Source: Kofleriaceae bacterium (GTDB taxonomy: Bacteria; Myxococcota_A; Polyangia; Haliangiales; Haliangiaceae). From it: a DNA stretch of 60,605 nucleotides. Shown here one piece after another: positions 1 through 9,559 of the stretch. Under the pieces are notes generated by a model that searched no databases, was not told the DNA's origin, and was given only the letters and a program-made list of their open reading frames with translations. Every line of letters begins with the position of its first letter. Position 1 is the stretch's first letter. Where the stretch lies: positions 1 to 60,605 of the forward strand of contig JBKJLC010000159.1 of NCBI GenBank assembly GCA_046597055.1, given 5' to 3'. Made by a program: the position numbers and the translations under genes.

Positions 1-111
1 CGAAAGCGCGCGTCGCGCGATCAGGCGGCTGATGTTGTGCGCCAGCAGCTTGAGCAAGATCTCGGCGGCGATGCCGCGTTCGTGGCGGGTAGTGGCGCGC
101 CGGTACTTCAT
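1..111 (-). mobile_element. C-terminal remnant of a DDE transposase (IS1182/IS4/IS5-like), running off the window edge
   Basis: Minus-strand frame from ATG at 111 reads MKYRRATTRHERGIAAEILLKLLAHNISRLIARRALS. This resembles the 'R..R....E..L..LAHN..RL' tail of DDE transposases. No upstream catalytic region is visible; a tandem repeat lies immediately upstream. Confidence 0.55.
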
Positions 112-115
112 GGTG

Positions 116-192
116 GCGTGGCCCGCGTGCGCGGCCGGTGCGCGTGGCCCGCGTGTGCGGCGGTGAGCGTGGCCCGCGTGCGCGGCCGGTGA
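116..192. repeat. Tandem repeat, 3 copies of about 26 bp
   Basis: GCGTGGCCCGCGTGCGCGGCCGGTGC (116-141), GCGTGGCCCGCGTGTGCGGCGGTGA (142-166), GCGTGGCCCGCGTGCGCGGCCGGTGA (167-192). Confidence 0.9.
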
Positions 193-205
193 GTGCAGCC
201 CGCGC

Positions 206-709
206 TCACCGCCGGCGCGGACGCCCGGCGTCGACCGGCACGCCGGCGTCGACCGGCAGCGCGGCGTCGAGCGGCGCCGCGGCGTCGGCTGGCGGCGCCG
301 GTGGGGCGACGTGGACGGTGACGGTGCGCGTGGTGGTGATCGGTCGGCACACCCGCGGGCCGCACAGCCAGAAGCGCAGCTCGAGCGCGACCGGGTGATC
401 GCCGGCGTCCTTGGCCTTGAGCTTGATGTCGAAGCGCGGGGCGTCGGCGGCCGGGTCGGCCGCGTCCTTGCGCGCGTAGCGCCGGCGCGGTAGCCCGAGG
501 CCGGCCGGCGCGGCGACCGCGATCCGCACGGGCCCCGCCGTCGAGACCGTCCGGTTCCCGGACGGGGCGATCGTGACCGAGAGTGCGCCGGTGGCGCCGA
601 GCGCGATGGTGGCCTCGGTCGCGACCCGGATCTCGTAGGTCGGGTCGTCGGCCACGGCCGGACGGCAGGCCACGGCCGCGCAGGCGACCAGCGCCGCCGC
701 CGATCTCAC
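206..709 (-). CDS. Exported/lipoprotein with a DsbD-N-like Ig-fold domain
   Basis: Signal or lipobox-like N-terminus (AAVAC), beta-rich core ending LRFWLCGPRVCRP (Cys pair near the end, as in DsbD-N), PxDAG tail. GTG start overlaps the PhoH stop (GTGA). Confidence 0.65.
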   Translation of the reverse strand: MRSAAALVACAAVACRPAVADDPTYEIRVATEATIALGATGALSVTIAPSGNRTVSTAGPVRIAVAAPAGLGLPRRRYARKDAADPAADAPRFDIKLKAKDAGDHPVALELRFWLCGPRVCRPITTTRTVTVHVAPPAPPADAAAPLDAALPVDAGVPVDAGRPRRR

Positions 710-2019
710 AGGATCTGGGTGGCGAGCTCGGCGAGCTGGCTGCGCTCGCCCTTGGCGAGCGTGACGTGACCCGCGATCGCCTCGGGCTTGAACCGCTCGG
801 CGACGTTGGTCAGCCCGTTGTTCGACGAGTCGAGGTACGGGTGGTCGATCTGGTAGGGGTCACCGGTGAGGATGATCTTGGTGCCCTCGCCGGCGCGCGT
901 GATGATCGTCTTCACCTCGTGCGGCGTGAGGTTCTGCGCCTCGTCGACGATCATGAACACGTTGGGCAGCGACCGGCCGCGGATGTAGGTGAGCGGCTCG
1001 ATCTCGACGAAGCCGAGGTCCATCAGCTCGGCGTACGAGCGGCCCTCCTTCTTGTCGGACTTGTTGAGCCCGAGCAGCAGCTCGAGGTTGTCGTAGATCG
1101 GCTGCATCCAGGGGTTGAGCTTCTCCTCGATGTCGCCGGGCAGGAAGCCGATGTCGCGACCGAGCGGGAAGATCGGCCGGCTGACCAGCAGCTTCTGGTA
1201 GACGTTCTCCTCGGTCACCTTCTGCAGGCCGGCGGCGAGCGCGAGCAGGGTCTTGCCGGTGCCGGCCTTGCCGACCAGCGTCACCAGCTTGATGTCGTCG
1301 TTGAGCAGCAGGTCGAGCGCGTAGTGCTGCTCCTTGTTGCGCGGGCGGATGCCCCACACGCCCTCGCGCAGCTTCTTGACCGCGATCACCCGGCCGGTCG
1401 CCTTGTCGAACTTGCCGAGCGCGCTCTTGCCGCCGGCCTCGTCCTTCAGCAGCACGTACTCGTTGGGGTACAGGTGGCCTTCGACCGGGACGTCGATGCC
1501 GCCCTCGGCGTAGAGCGCGTCGATCACCCCGGGCTCGACCGAGACCTCGCGGTTGCCGGGATACAGCTCCTCGAGGGAGACCGACTCGGTGTCGTAGTCG
1601 GCGGTGTGCAGCCCGAGCGCGTCGCCTCGGACGCGCATGTTGACGTCCTTGGTGACCAGGATCGTCGGGTTGGCCTTGTCGTCCTCGCGGACCTCCATGG
1701 CCAGCTCGAGGATCCGCTGATCCATCGTGCGCGAGTCGTAGCTCGGGTTGAGCGGCGGGTTCTTGGCCAGCGCGACCCGGACCGTGCCGCCGTTGCCGAG
1801 CGGCTGCGCCTTCGACAGGCCGCCGTCGGCGCGATGCTCGTCGAGCAGGCGGGCGATCTGCCGCGCGTTGCGACCGAGCTCGGTCTGGTCCTTCTTGAAG
1901 CTATCGACCTCCTCGATCACGAAGATCGGGATGATCACGTTGTTGTCCTCGAACGAGTAGATCGCCCTGGCGTCGTGCAGGAGGACATTGGTGTCGAGGA
2001 CGTAGTTCTTGACTGCCAC
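706..2019 (-). CDS. PIN domain + PhoH-family ATPase (YlaK/PhoH2-like)
   Basis: N-terminal PIN motifs VLDTNVLLHD and LVTKDVNMRV; Walker A GKAGTGKT; YIRGRSL, VDEAQN and LTGDPYQID. Start set to GTG at 2019. Confidence 0.93.
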   Translation of the reverse strand: MAVKNYVLDTNVLLHDARAIYSFEDNNVIIPIFVIEEVDSFKKDQTELGRNARQIARLLDEHRADGGLSKAQPLGNGGTVRVALAKNPPLNPSYDSRTMDQRILELAMEVREDDKANPTILVTKDVNMRVRGDALGLHTADYDTESVSLEELYPGNREVSVEPGVIDALYAEGGIDVPVEGHLYPNEYVLLKDEAGGKSALGKFDKATGRVIAVKKLREGVWGIRPRNKEQHYALDLLLNDDIKLVTLVGKAGTGKTLLALAAGLQKVTEENVYQKLLVSRPIFPLGRDIGFLPGDIEEKLNPWMQPIYDNLELLLGLNKSDKKEGRSYAELMDLGFVEIEPLTYIRGRSLPNVFMIVDEAQNLTPHEVKTIITRAGEGTKIILTGDPYQIDHPYLDSSNNGLTNVAERFKPEAIAGHVTLAKGERSQLAELATQIL

Positions 2020-2296
2020 GGCACGATGTTCCCCGGTCCCGGATCGCCAGGTCAAACCGCCGGCGCCGCCAAATCCAAGCGGACGCGCTTCGCGCCGCGC
2101 CGGGCCGAACCGCGCTAGGCTCCCGGCCCGGCGCGACCCTGCGGCATTCGTACGCCCACGCGTACGATCGACCGGACGACGACAGGGACAGCCTGCGAGT
2201 CTTACTGCGTGCGTGCCCTCCTGCCACCTTGTGTCAGAGATGCGCCGGTGCGGCGACGTTGCCCGACGTTTCGACGGAGGTTGCGCCCGGGCAAGC

Positions 2297-2313
2297 GCGG
2301 CACGGACGTTGCT
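2297..2313 (+). promoter_or_regulatory. sigma-54 (-24/-12) promoter
   Basis: GCGGCACGGACGTTGCT with GG (2299-2300) N10 GC (2311-2312), a close match to YTGGCACGNNNNTTGCW, 14 nt before ATG 2327. Confidence 0.75.
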
Positions 2314-2326
2314 TTTGCATCCAGGC

Positions 2327-2632
2327 ATGACCCTGAAAAAACTCGCCATCCTCGGCGGTGTCCTCGCTGGCGCCGCTTACCTCCAAAACAAGGGCCGCCG
2401 CGATCGCGCCTTCACCGGCGCGCGCGACATGTTCGACAAGGTGAAGAGTCGGGCGCAGGAAGTTGGCCATCAGGCCCAGGCCAAGATCGACTCGGTCCGC
2501 GGGACCGAGAAGACCGAGAAGAAGGACCCGAGCTTCGCCAGCACCACGACCAGTGGGCTCGGCAGCAGCGGCATGGGTAACAGCGGCAGCAGCTATGGCA
2601 GTGGCCTGGGCACGCCGCCGAACTACCGCTGA
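2327..2632 (+). CDS. Small membrane-anchored protein (YtxH-like architecture)
   Basis: MTLKKLAILGGVLAGAAYL hydrophobic N-terminus, Lys-rich helix, Gly/Ser tail; GC3-biased codons. Confidence 0.75.
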   Translation: MTLKKLAILGGVLAGAAYLQNKGRRDRAFTGARDMFDKVKSRAQEVGHQAQAKIDSVRGTEKTEKKDPSFASTTTSGLGSSGMGNSGSSYGSGLGTPPNYR

Positions 2633-2857
2633 ACCGGATCGTCAACGCTTGTACATGCGCGCCAGGCTGGTCGGGTCACCCCGACCGGCCCCGAGCGCGT
2701 TTCGGTCAGGGGCAAGACCGCAACCGAGGCGGCCGTGGATGCTCGCCGGCGGCGGCCGACGCCGACGCGTAGTACAGTGGGCGGGGGCCATGATGACGCG
2801 AGGACGATCGGGTGAGGGCCCCCCAACGCTGGCCCCGGCATGAAGAGGTGACGTAGG

Positions 2858-5062
2858 TTGGCCGTGCGGCTGGCAATCACGATGGCCCTGGTCGCGAGCG
2901 CGGCCCGGACGGCGAGCGCAGACGGCGACGGCCAGGATCCCCCGGCGGGTCCGCCGGCGCTCGCGCCGGACGAAGCGGCGACGGCACCGCCACCGGAGAC
3001 GATCGAGCTCGATGATCGACCGCCCGGCACCGGTCGTGGCAAGACGACCGTGTCCAGGCAGGATCTGGAGGAGCGCCAGCCGCGGTCGGCGCCCGACGCA
3101 CTGCGCTGGGAGCCGGGCGTGTACGTCCAGCAGACGGGCGCGGCCCAGGGCTCGGCGTTCGTGCGCGGACGCACCGGGCAACAGACCCTGCTGATGTTCG
3201 ACGGCGTGCGCCTGAACAACGGCACCTGGCGGCAGGGCCCGAACCAGTACTTCTTCACGATCGACACGCGCACCCTCGCCGCCATCGACGTCTCGCGCGG
3301 CAGCGCGTCGACCCGCTGGGGCTCCGACGCGATCGGCGGTGTGCTCGACGCCATCCCGCGCGAGCCAGACCCCGGCGAGCGCGGGATCGCCCCGCGGCTC
3401 GATCTGCGCTGGGGCTCGGCCGACCACGAGCTCGGCGGGCGCGCCGAGGTCGCGGTGAAGACCTGGGCGCGCGGCGCAGCGCTGATCGGGCTCGGCTACC
3501 GTGACGTGAGCCTGCTCGAGAGCGCGGGCCAGGTGGGCACCGCGCGCGGTCCACAGCAAGCGCTGGTCCCGACCTTCGAGGCGGACGGCCGCACCCAGCG
3601 CGGCACCGGCTTCCGCGAGTGGGCGTGGGACGGACGGCTGGTCCACCAGGTCGACGACGACCTGCGCCTGACCGCCGCCTACTACGACTACCGCCAGCTC
3701 GATGCGCCGCGGACCGATCAGTGTCCGGCCCCGTTCGCGCCGCTCGACGAGTGCCTGATCTACGACGAGCAGTTCCACACGATGGCCTACGTCGCCGCCG
3801 ATGCCAGGCTCGGCCGCTGGGCCGAGACCGCGCGCCTGGTCCTGTCGGTGCAGGAGCAACACGAGCGCCGGACCCGGCAGCGGCCCCGCTCGTTCGCCGA
3901 GAACGGCGGGCGCGACGACGTGCGCACCCTGGGGCTCGCGGCGTCGGCACGCACCGCGGCCGCGCCGCTCGGCGCGACCGCCACCCACCTCGAGTACGGC
4001 ATCGACGGGTACCTCGACACGGTCGACTCGGTCGCGTGGCTCGAGCTGACCGACCTCGACTATGTCCGGTTCGACAGCCGGGGTCAGTACGTCACCGGGT
4101 CGCGGTACGCGACCGGCGGTGCGTTCGCGCTGGCCACGACCCGGTGGCGTGCCCTCACCGCGCGGGCCGGCCTGCGCGCCGGGCTCGCCGATGCCTACGC
4201 GCCCGGCGACGCGGCGTCGGCCACGACCGCGGTCGATCGCACCTGGCTGGCACCCGCCGGAGTGCTCGGCGTGGACTGGCAGGCCACCGGGGCGCTCACC
4301 CTGCTCGCGACCGTCGATCGGTCGTTCCGGACGCCCAACCTCGACGACCTGACCGCCCGCCAGGCGGCAGGCCCGGGCTTCCAGTTCGAGAACGCGGCGC
4401 TGACCCCGGAGCGCGCGACGACCGGCGAGCTCGGCGCGCGGGTGCAGCTGTCGGCGCTGTCGGTCGAGGCCTGGGCCTACGCGACGCGGGTCGACGCCGC
4501 GATCGCGCGCTCGGTCCGGTCCGCCGATGACTGTCCGGCGACGGCGATGGACTGTCGGGCGTCCTGGTTCCGCTACCAGCTCGTCAACCTCGACGGTCCC
4601 GCGACGATCCGCGGCGCCGAGCTCGCCGCCGACGGCGCTCACGAAGACACCTCGGTGCGCGCCACGCTGGGGTACGCCTTCGGCGAGGGCCCGAACCCGG
4701 AGCAGCGTCCGATCGATCCCGACCTGCCGTACCGCGAGCGCATGCCGCTGTCGCGCGTGCCGCCGCTCAACGGCACCGTGGAGGTGAAGCATCGCGGCGA
4801 CCGCAGCTCCGCCTCGCTCGGGTTACGGTGGGCGACGCGTCAGGACCGCCTCGCGACGTCCGACCTCAGCGATGCCCGGATTCCCAGCGGCGGGACGCCC
4901 GGGTATGCTGTCGTCGACCTGAGGGGGGGACTGCGCATCACACCCGAGGCGAAGCTCGGCGTCGTGCTCGAGAACCTCTTCGATTCCGCGTACCGCTATC
5001 ACGGCTCGAGCATCAACGGCCCGGGCCGGAGCCTCCTCGTTCATCTGGAGTTGACCCCGTGA
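2858..5062 (+). CDS. TonB-dependent outer-membrane receptor
   Basis: Signal peptide; plug motifs DALRWEPGV, FVRG, DGVRLN, IDVSRGSASTRWGSDAIGGV; barrel motifs FRTPNLDDL, LTPERA, ENLFD; C-terminal GRSLLVHLEL. Exact start uncertain. Confidence 0.92.
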   Translation: MAVRLAITMALVASAARTASADGDGQDPPAGPPALAPDEAATAPPPETIELDDRPPGTGRGKTTVSRQDLEERQPRSAPDALRWEPGVYVQQTGAAQGSAFVRGRTGQQTLLMFDGVRLNNGTWRQGPNQYFFTIDTRTLAAIDVSRGSASTRWGSDAIGGVLDAIPREPDPGERGIAPRLDLRWGSADHELGGRAEVAVKTWARGAALIGLGYRDVSLLESAGQVGTARGPQQALVPTFEADGRTQRGTGFREWAWDGRLVHQVDDDLRLTAAYYDYRQLDAPRTDQCPAPFAPLDECLIYDEQFHTMAYVAADARLGRWAETARLVLSVQEQHERRTRQRPRSFAENGGRDDVRTLGLAASARTAAAPLGATATHLEYGIDGYLDTVDSVAWLELTDLDYVRFDSRGQYVTGSRYATGGAFALATTRWRALTARAGLRAGLADAYAPGDAASATTAVDRTWLAPAGVLGVDWQATGALTLLATVDRSFRTPNLDDLTARQAAGPGFQFENAALTPERATTGELGARVQLSALSVEAWAYATRVDAAIARSVRSADDCPATAMDCRASWFRYQLVNLDGPATIRGAELAADGAHEDTSVRATLGYAFGEGPNPEQRPIDPDLPYRERMPLSRVPPLNGTVEVKHRGDRSSASLGLRWATRQDRLATSDLSDARIPSGGTPGYAVVDLRGGLRITPEAKLGVVLENLFDSAYRYHGSSINGPGRSLLVHLELTP

Positions 5063-6243
5063 CATCCGCTCGCCTGTGCGCTCTGCTCGCCGTCCTCCTC
5101 CTGCCCGCGTGCAAGGAAGACGATCCGCCCGGAAATCCCGATGGTCCGACCGCCATCGATGCCACGAGCGCAGATGCGCCCACCGACGGCCCCCCGGCCG
5201 ACGGCAACGCGGCGTGCCTCGCGCGCGACACCGACTACCAGCCCCGGGTCAACAGCTCGGCCGATGACATGTACCCGGCTTGTGTCTCGGACCAGGACCA
5301 GTACGTCATGGTCGGCACCAGCGTGTCGACGATCTCGCGCGTGCAGGCGTTCGAGCAGATCGCGACGCTGCTCTTCACCTCCGCCGCGCCGTCACGCGAT
5401 GCCTTCATCCAGGCCCGAACCCTCTACCTGGCGTCGGAGGGCCTTGGCTCGCGCGTCGATCGGCGCGAGGACGAGCACTACCCGCCGGTGCCGGGCAACG
5501 TCCAGTGCCGCAACCTGGTTCCGGCGATGCAAGCACTCTACCCGGAGCGCTGCGTCGGCCCGGTCAAGCTGAAGCCGCTCGTCGAGGGCAATCCGACCGC
5601 CGGGATGATCGACAACCGCGGCTTCACGCTCGGCACCGACCTGGCGTCGACCGAGCTCCAGCGGCGCCTCGCCGCGGCGCAGATCGAGGCCGGCCTGGTC
5701 TGGTTCCTCCACGTCAGCATGTACAAGGAAGCGACGACCTGCGGCCCCAACTCGCAGGCGACCCAACCGGCCGACTGCGACTCGAGCTGGGCGTACTACA
5801 GCGGGGGCGAGCAGCGAAACGCCGGCATTGGCTTCGCCCGCTACGTCCGCGGCCTCGAGACGCTGACCCACGACCGGATCTTCGACGGCGTCCTCGCGGT
5901 GCGTTGCTGGCGCAACCTCGACGACCCGGCGGTGACCACCGACGACGCGATGTTCGCGCCATTGCGCACGATGGCGCTGGCCCAGCTCGACCGAGGCATC
6001 GCGCGGGGCATCGCGCTCATCGTCCGCGCTCGCCTGGTCGCCCTGCAGACCGCGACCGGCGACGACGCGACCGTGCACTGGGAGCTCGTCCGCAACCTCG
6101 GTCCCTCGGTCTTGCGGGAGGCCGCCGCCCGCGATCAGGCCATGGCCCAGATGCTCGCCACCGAGCTGGCGAAGACCGACGCCAGCCAGGTCGACGAGGC
6201 CTCGGTCATCTCCGTGCTCGACGCGCTCTTCCCCTGCCCCTGA
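5059..6243 (+). CDS. Helical lipoprotein, possibly FEA1/imelysin-like iron-capture protein
   Basis: GTG overlaps the receptor stop; lipobox LLPAC; motifs RREDEHYP and DCDSSWAYYSGG, the latter reminiscent of the WDE-WAFY-G motif of FEA1-like proteins. Confidence 0.7.
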   Translation: MTSARLCALLAVLLLPACKEDDPPGNPDGPTAIDATSADAPTDGPPADGNAACLARDTDYQPRVNSSADDMYPACVSDQDQYVMVGTSVSTISRVQAFEQIATLLFTSAAPSRDAFIQARTLYLASEGLGSRVDRREDEHYPPVPGNVQCRNLVPAMQALYPERCVGPVKLKPLVEGNPTAGMIDNRGFTLGTDLASTELQRRLAAAQIEAGLVWFLHVSMYKEATTCGPNSQATQPADCDSSWAYYSGGEQRNAGIGFARYVRGLETLTHDRIFDGVLAVRCWRNLDDPAVTTDDAMFAPLRTMALAQLDRGIARGIALIVRARLVALQTATGDDATVHWELVRNLGPSVLREAAARDQAMAQMLATELAKTDASQVDEASVISVLDALFPCP

Positions 6244-6912
6244 TCACGCGTCGAGGCCCGGCGCTGACACCGGGCGCCGCCGGCGCCGGGCCACCAGCAG
6301 GCCCAGCGCGCCCGCGATCCCGGCCAGGGCACCAGCGCCCCCGCCGCCGGTCGAGCAGCCGCCGCCCCCGCGCTCGTCGATACCCGTGAGCTCGCCGCCG
6401 TCGGGATCGTAGACGCCGCCGTCGCAGGGATGGCCGCCGTCGCGGTCGTCCGGCACGCAATCCGGTGCCGGCAGCGGATCTGCGCACTGCGGCAGCCAGC
6501 TCATCGCGGCCGCCGGACACGCGCCCGCGGCGCCGACCCGCACCGTGAACTGGCTGTCGCCGAGCGACAGCACGTCGCCCGGCTGCGAGGTGACGTCGAT
6601 CGTGTAAAGGGCGAAGCTGATGTCGTCGACCCGGTCGATCCACGCGCACGCATGGACGTCGAAGACCGTGCGATGGACCGGCGCCACGCCGGTGGTGGCG
6701 GTGGTCCCGGCGGTGCCGACCACCACCGTGTCCGCACCGCGCACCGCGGTCACCGCGCCGGGCGAGCCCTGCAGGGTGTAGACGACGACCGGACAACCGG
6801 CCGGCAGCTCCTGGTGCGCGGGGAGCGGCTGGTTGGTCATGCAGGTGTTGGCGACCGCACGACCGGTGTCCAGGGCGAGGAGGGCGGCGGCGAGGAGGAA
6901 AGCAGTGCGCAT
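6244..6912 (-). CDS. MYXO-CTERM-anchored surface protein
   Basis: Signal peptide MRTAFLLAAALLAL; C-terminal GGGGCSTGGGG, TM helix and RRRRR. Confidence 0.8.
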   Translation of the reverse strand: MRTAFLLAAALLALDTGRAVANTCMTNQPLPAHQELPAGCPVVVYTLQGSPGAVTAVRGADTVVVGTAGTTATTGVAPVHRTVFDVHACAWIDRVDDISFALYTIDVTSQPGDVLSLGDSQFTVRVGAAGACPAAAMSWLPQCADPLPAPDCVPDDRDGGHPCDGGVYDPDGGELTGIDERGGGGCSTGGGGAGALAGIAGALGLLVARRRRRPVSAPGLDA

Positions 6913-7067
6913 GCCCGGACCTATCGCAGGACCGGTGCCAGCGTCCCCGATGGCAGGCCGCGGACTTGCACGAGGCACGGCCAGACTGTGCCAGTCGATC
7001 GCGACCGCCATGTCATGGCCGTCCGAGCGCGGCCGCGGCGCGCCGGATCCTGCCAGCGCGACCGTCG

Positions 7068-9269
7068 CTACGACGCCTTCTTGGAGCGTGCGGCCTGGAA
7101 CTGGCTGTAGGTGACGACCTGGTTCCGGCCCGAGTGCTTGGCGTGATAGAGGGCGAGGTCAGCGCGCTCGACCAGCACCGTGCGATCGCGGGCGTCGTCG
7201 GGGAACGACGCGATGCCGATCGACATCGTGACCTTGAGCGGGCCCTTCTCGGTCTCGACCACCAGCTTGCCGACCTCCTGCCGGATGCGCTCGGCGACCT
7301 GGCGGGCCTGCTCGGCGCCCGAGCTCTCGAGCACCACCGCGAACTCCTCGCCGCCGTAGCGGGCGGTGATGTCGATCTTGCGCGGCACCTCGGCCAGCAC
7401 CCGGGCGACCCGGCGCAGCACCTCGTCACCGACCGGGTGGCCGTAGCCGTCGTTGACCTTCTTGAAGAAGTCGATGTCGCACAGGAGCAGCGCGGCCTGG
7501 TGACCGTGGCGCGCGGCGCGATCGAGCATCTGCCCGAACCGATCCTGGAACGTGCGGTGGTTGGTCAGCCCGGTGAGGCCATCGGTGGTGGCCATCGTCT
7601 CCATGCGCTTGTAGAGCAGGCCGTTCTGCAGCGACACCGCGACCTGGGTCGCGATCACCGACAGCATCTCGCGGACGTCGGCGCCGAACCGCTTCTCGGC
7701 GCGGGCCGCCAGCATGAGCGTGCCGATCGCCTCGTCGGCGGCGCACAGCGGCAGCACCAGCAGCGAGCGGGCCTCGTCGAGCTTCACCTTGCGGGTGTAG
7801 ATCGGCGCGGTGACCTCGCGCGGCTCACCGCCGGCCGGCAGGTAGTGGCGGTTCTTCACGACCATCGCGGCCAGGCCGGCGTTGTCCTTGAACTCGAGGC
7901 CCGACAGCGCGGCCTCGTCGAGCATCGACTCGCAGCCGGGGCGGACCCGGACCGCGGCGACCCGGTGACGGCCGTGCTCGCGGTCGTAGAGCGTGACCGC
8001 GGCGCCGTCGTACTCGACGATCGCGGCGGCCGCCTCGAACGCGGTCTCCATCACCTGCTCGGGGGTGAGCGCGCGCCCGAGCAGCGCCGCGGCCTGAAAG
8101 AATCGCTCGTGCTCGTACTTGGCGCGCTCGACCGCGCGGAACACCTGCTCGGCCTGGACCGCGCGCACCAGCTGCTGGGCGGCATCCGCGAGCAGCTCGC
8201 GCGCGCCGTCGTCGAACGGGTGGGTCCGGTCGGCACACAGCACGCCGCGCAGGTGGGCACCCTCGAGCACCGGCACCGCGACCACGCCGGCGCCGGCCCC
8301 GGTGGCGGGGTCGTCGTAGTACGGCAGCTGACCGGCCTTGGCCGCGGCCAGCATCAGCGGCGCGCGATCGCGCACGACCGCGGCGAGCAGGCCGGCGATC
8401 GGCTGCCGTGCCGGCGCGAGATCATCGCGATCGCTGACGATCTCCTTGAGCTTGAGCCGCTCGCCGTCGTCGTCGAGCCAGGCCAGCGCGACCGTGCGCG
8501 CGGCGAGCGAGCGCTTCACCGTCGACAGCACCCACGCGCAGTTGTCGCCGATCAGCGACACCCCGCCGGCGGCGAGCAGGCGCTCTTCGTCCTCGCGACC
8601 GCGCGGCGCCCGGCTGGCCGGGCCCAGCGCGGCCGAGATCAGGCGGTAGTCGCGCGCGCTCTCGGTCATCGCGTGGGTCTCGCGGTCGAGCCGCACCAGC
8701 CGCCGGCGGCGGTGGCTGGCGACCAGGCCGCGCAGGAACAGCGCGTGCGCCGCGGCGGCCGCGGCCAGGAACACCGCGTGGAGCGCGGTCGGCACCGCCA
8801 GCTGCCACGGCTCGGCTGCGCGGGCGACCCAGGCCGCCTCGATCGCGACCGGCGCCACCACCGTCATCACCGCGCCCGGACGCGACAGCAGGGTCAGCCC
8901 GAACGCGACGATGCCGTAGACCAGGGGATGGACCGGCGACAGCACGCCGCCGGTCACCGCCAGCACCGCGTAGGCGCCGGCGGTGATCGCGAGCGCGAGC
9001 TCGACATCGACCAGGCCGGGCGCGATCGACAGCCACCACGACACCCGCTGGGCGCGCGCGGTCGGCGCCTCGTAGTGCAGCCGCCGCAGGATCGCCATCA
9101 CCAGCACGGTCGCGACCGCGACCAGCGCGAGCAGATCGGTCGCCGCCGGCAGGGTGTTGGCCAGGTGCAGCGGGCCCAGCCCGCCGAGCGCGATCAGGGC
9201 GCAGCCGGCGGCCGCGACCAGCGACGGCGATCCGACCGCGGCCGCGCGTCGCAGCGTGCGCAGCCTCAT
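7068..9269 (-). CDS. dmxA: Membrane diguanylate cyclase, TM-GAF-GAF-GGDEF (DmxA-like)
   Basis: Several N-terminal TM helices, two GAF-like regions, TDGLTGLTN, DIDFFKKVND, I-site RKID and intact RYGGEEF. ATG overlaps the ftsB stop, the same arrangement as M. xanthus ftsB-dmxA. Confidence 0.85.
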   Translation of the reverse strand: MRLRTLRRAAAVGSPSLVAAAGCALIALGGLGPLHLANTLPAATDLLALVAVATVLVMAILRRLHYEAPTARAQRVSWWLSIAPGLVDVELALAITAGAYAVLAVTGGVLSPVHPLVYGIVAFGLTLLSRPGAVMTVVAPVAIEAAWVARAAEPWQLAVPTALHAVFLAAAAAAHALFLRGLVASHRRRRLVRLDRETHAMTESARDYRLISAALGPASRAPRGREDEERLLAAGGVSLIGDNCAWVLSTVKRSLAARTVALAWLDDDGERLKLKEIVSDRDDLAPARQPIAGLLAAVVRDRAPLMLAAAKAGQLPYYDDPATGAGAGVVAVPVLEGAHLRGVLCADRTHPFDDGARELLADAAQQLVRAVQAEQVFRAVERAKYEHERFFQAAALLGRALTPEQVMETAFEAAAAIVEYDGAAVTLYDREHGRHRVAAVRVRPGCESMLDEAALSGLEFKDNAGLAAMVVKNRHYLPAGGEPREVTAPIYTRKVKLDEARSLLVLPLCAADEAIGTLMLAARAEKRFGADVREMLSVIATQVAVSLQNGLLYKRMETMATTDGLTGLTNHRTFQDRFGQMLDRAARHGHQAALLLCDIDFFKKVNDGYGHPVGDEVLRRVARVLAEVPRKIDITARYGGEEFAVVLESSGAEQARQVAERIRQEVGKLVVETEKGPLKVTMSIGIASFPDDARDRTVLVERADLALYHAKHSGRNQVVTYSQFQAARSKKAS

Positions 9270-9559
9270 GGCGCGCTCTCCAGCTTGAGCACCATCTCGC
9301 CGGGATAGACCATCCCCAGCTCGTCGCGGGCGTGGTCCTCGATCGCGCGGCGGTCGGTGCGCAGCGCGTCGACCTCGCCGGCCAGGCTGGCGTTGCCGGC
9401 GCGCAGGGCCGCGGCCTCGTCGCGCGAGTCGCGCAGCTGGGTGCGCAGCCGCGCCGCGCGGGCGTCGCCGCCGCTCGGCACCCACGCGATCGCGCCGGCC
9501 ACGACCAGCGCGAGCACGCCGCGGACGGTCCAGCGGGTGAGCGCCGGAGGGACGTGCAT
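9266..9559 (-). CDS. ftsB: Septum formation initiator FtsB/DivIC
   Basis: TM helix, coiled coil, and AIEDHARDELGMVYPGE signature. Confidence 0.85.
   Translation of the reverse strand: MHVPPALTRWTVRGVLALVVAGAIAWVPSGGDARAARLRTQLRDSRDEAAALRAGNASLAGEVDALRTDRRAIEDHARDELGMVYPGEMVLKLESAP

Noticed and set aside
116..192. Tandem repeat as a CRISPR array
   Set aside because: The units are contiguous with no unique spacers, and there are no cas genes in the window.
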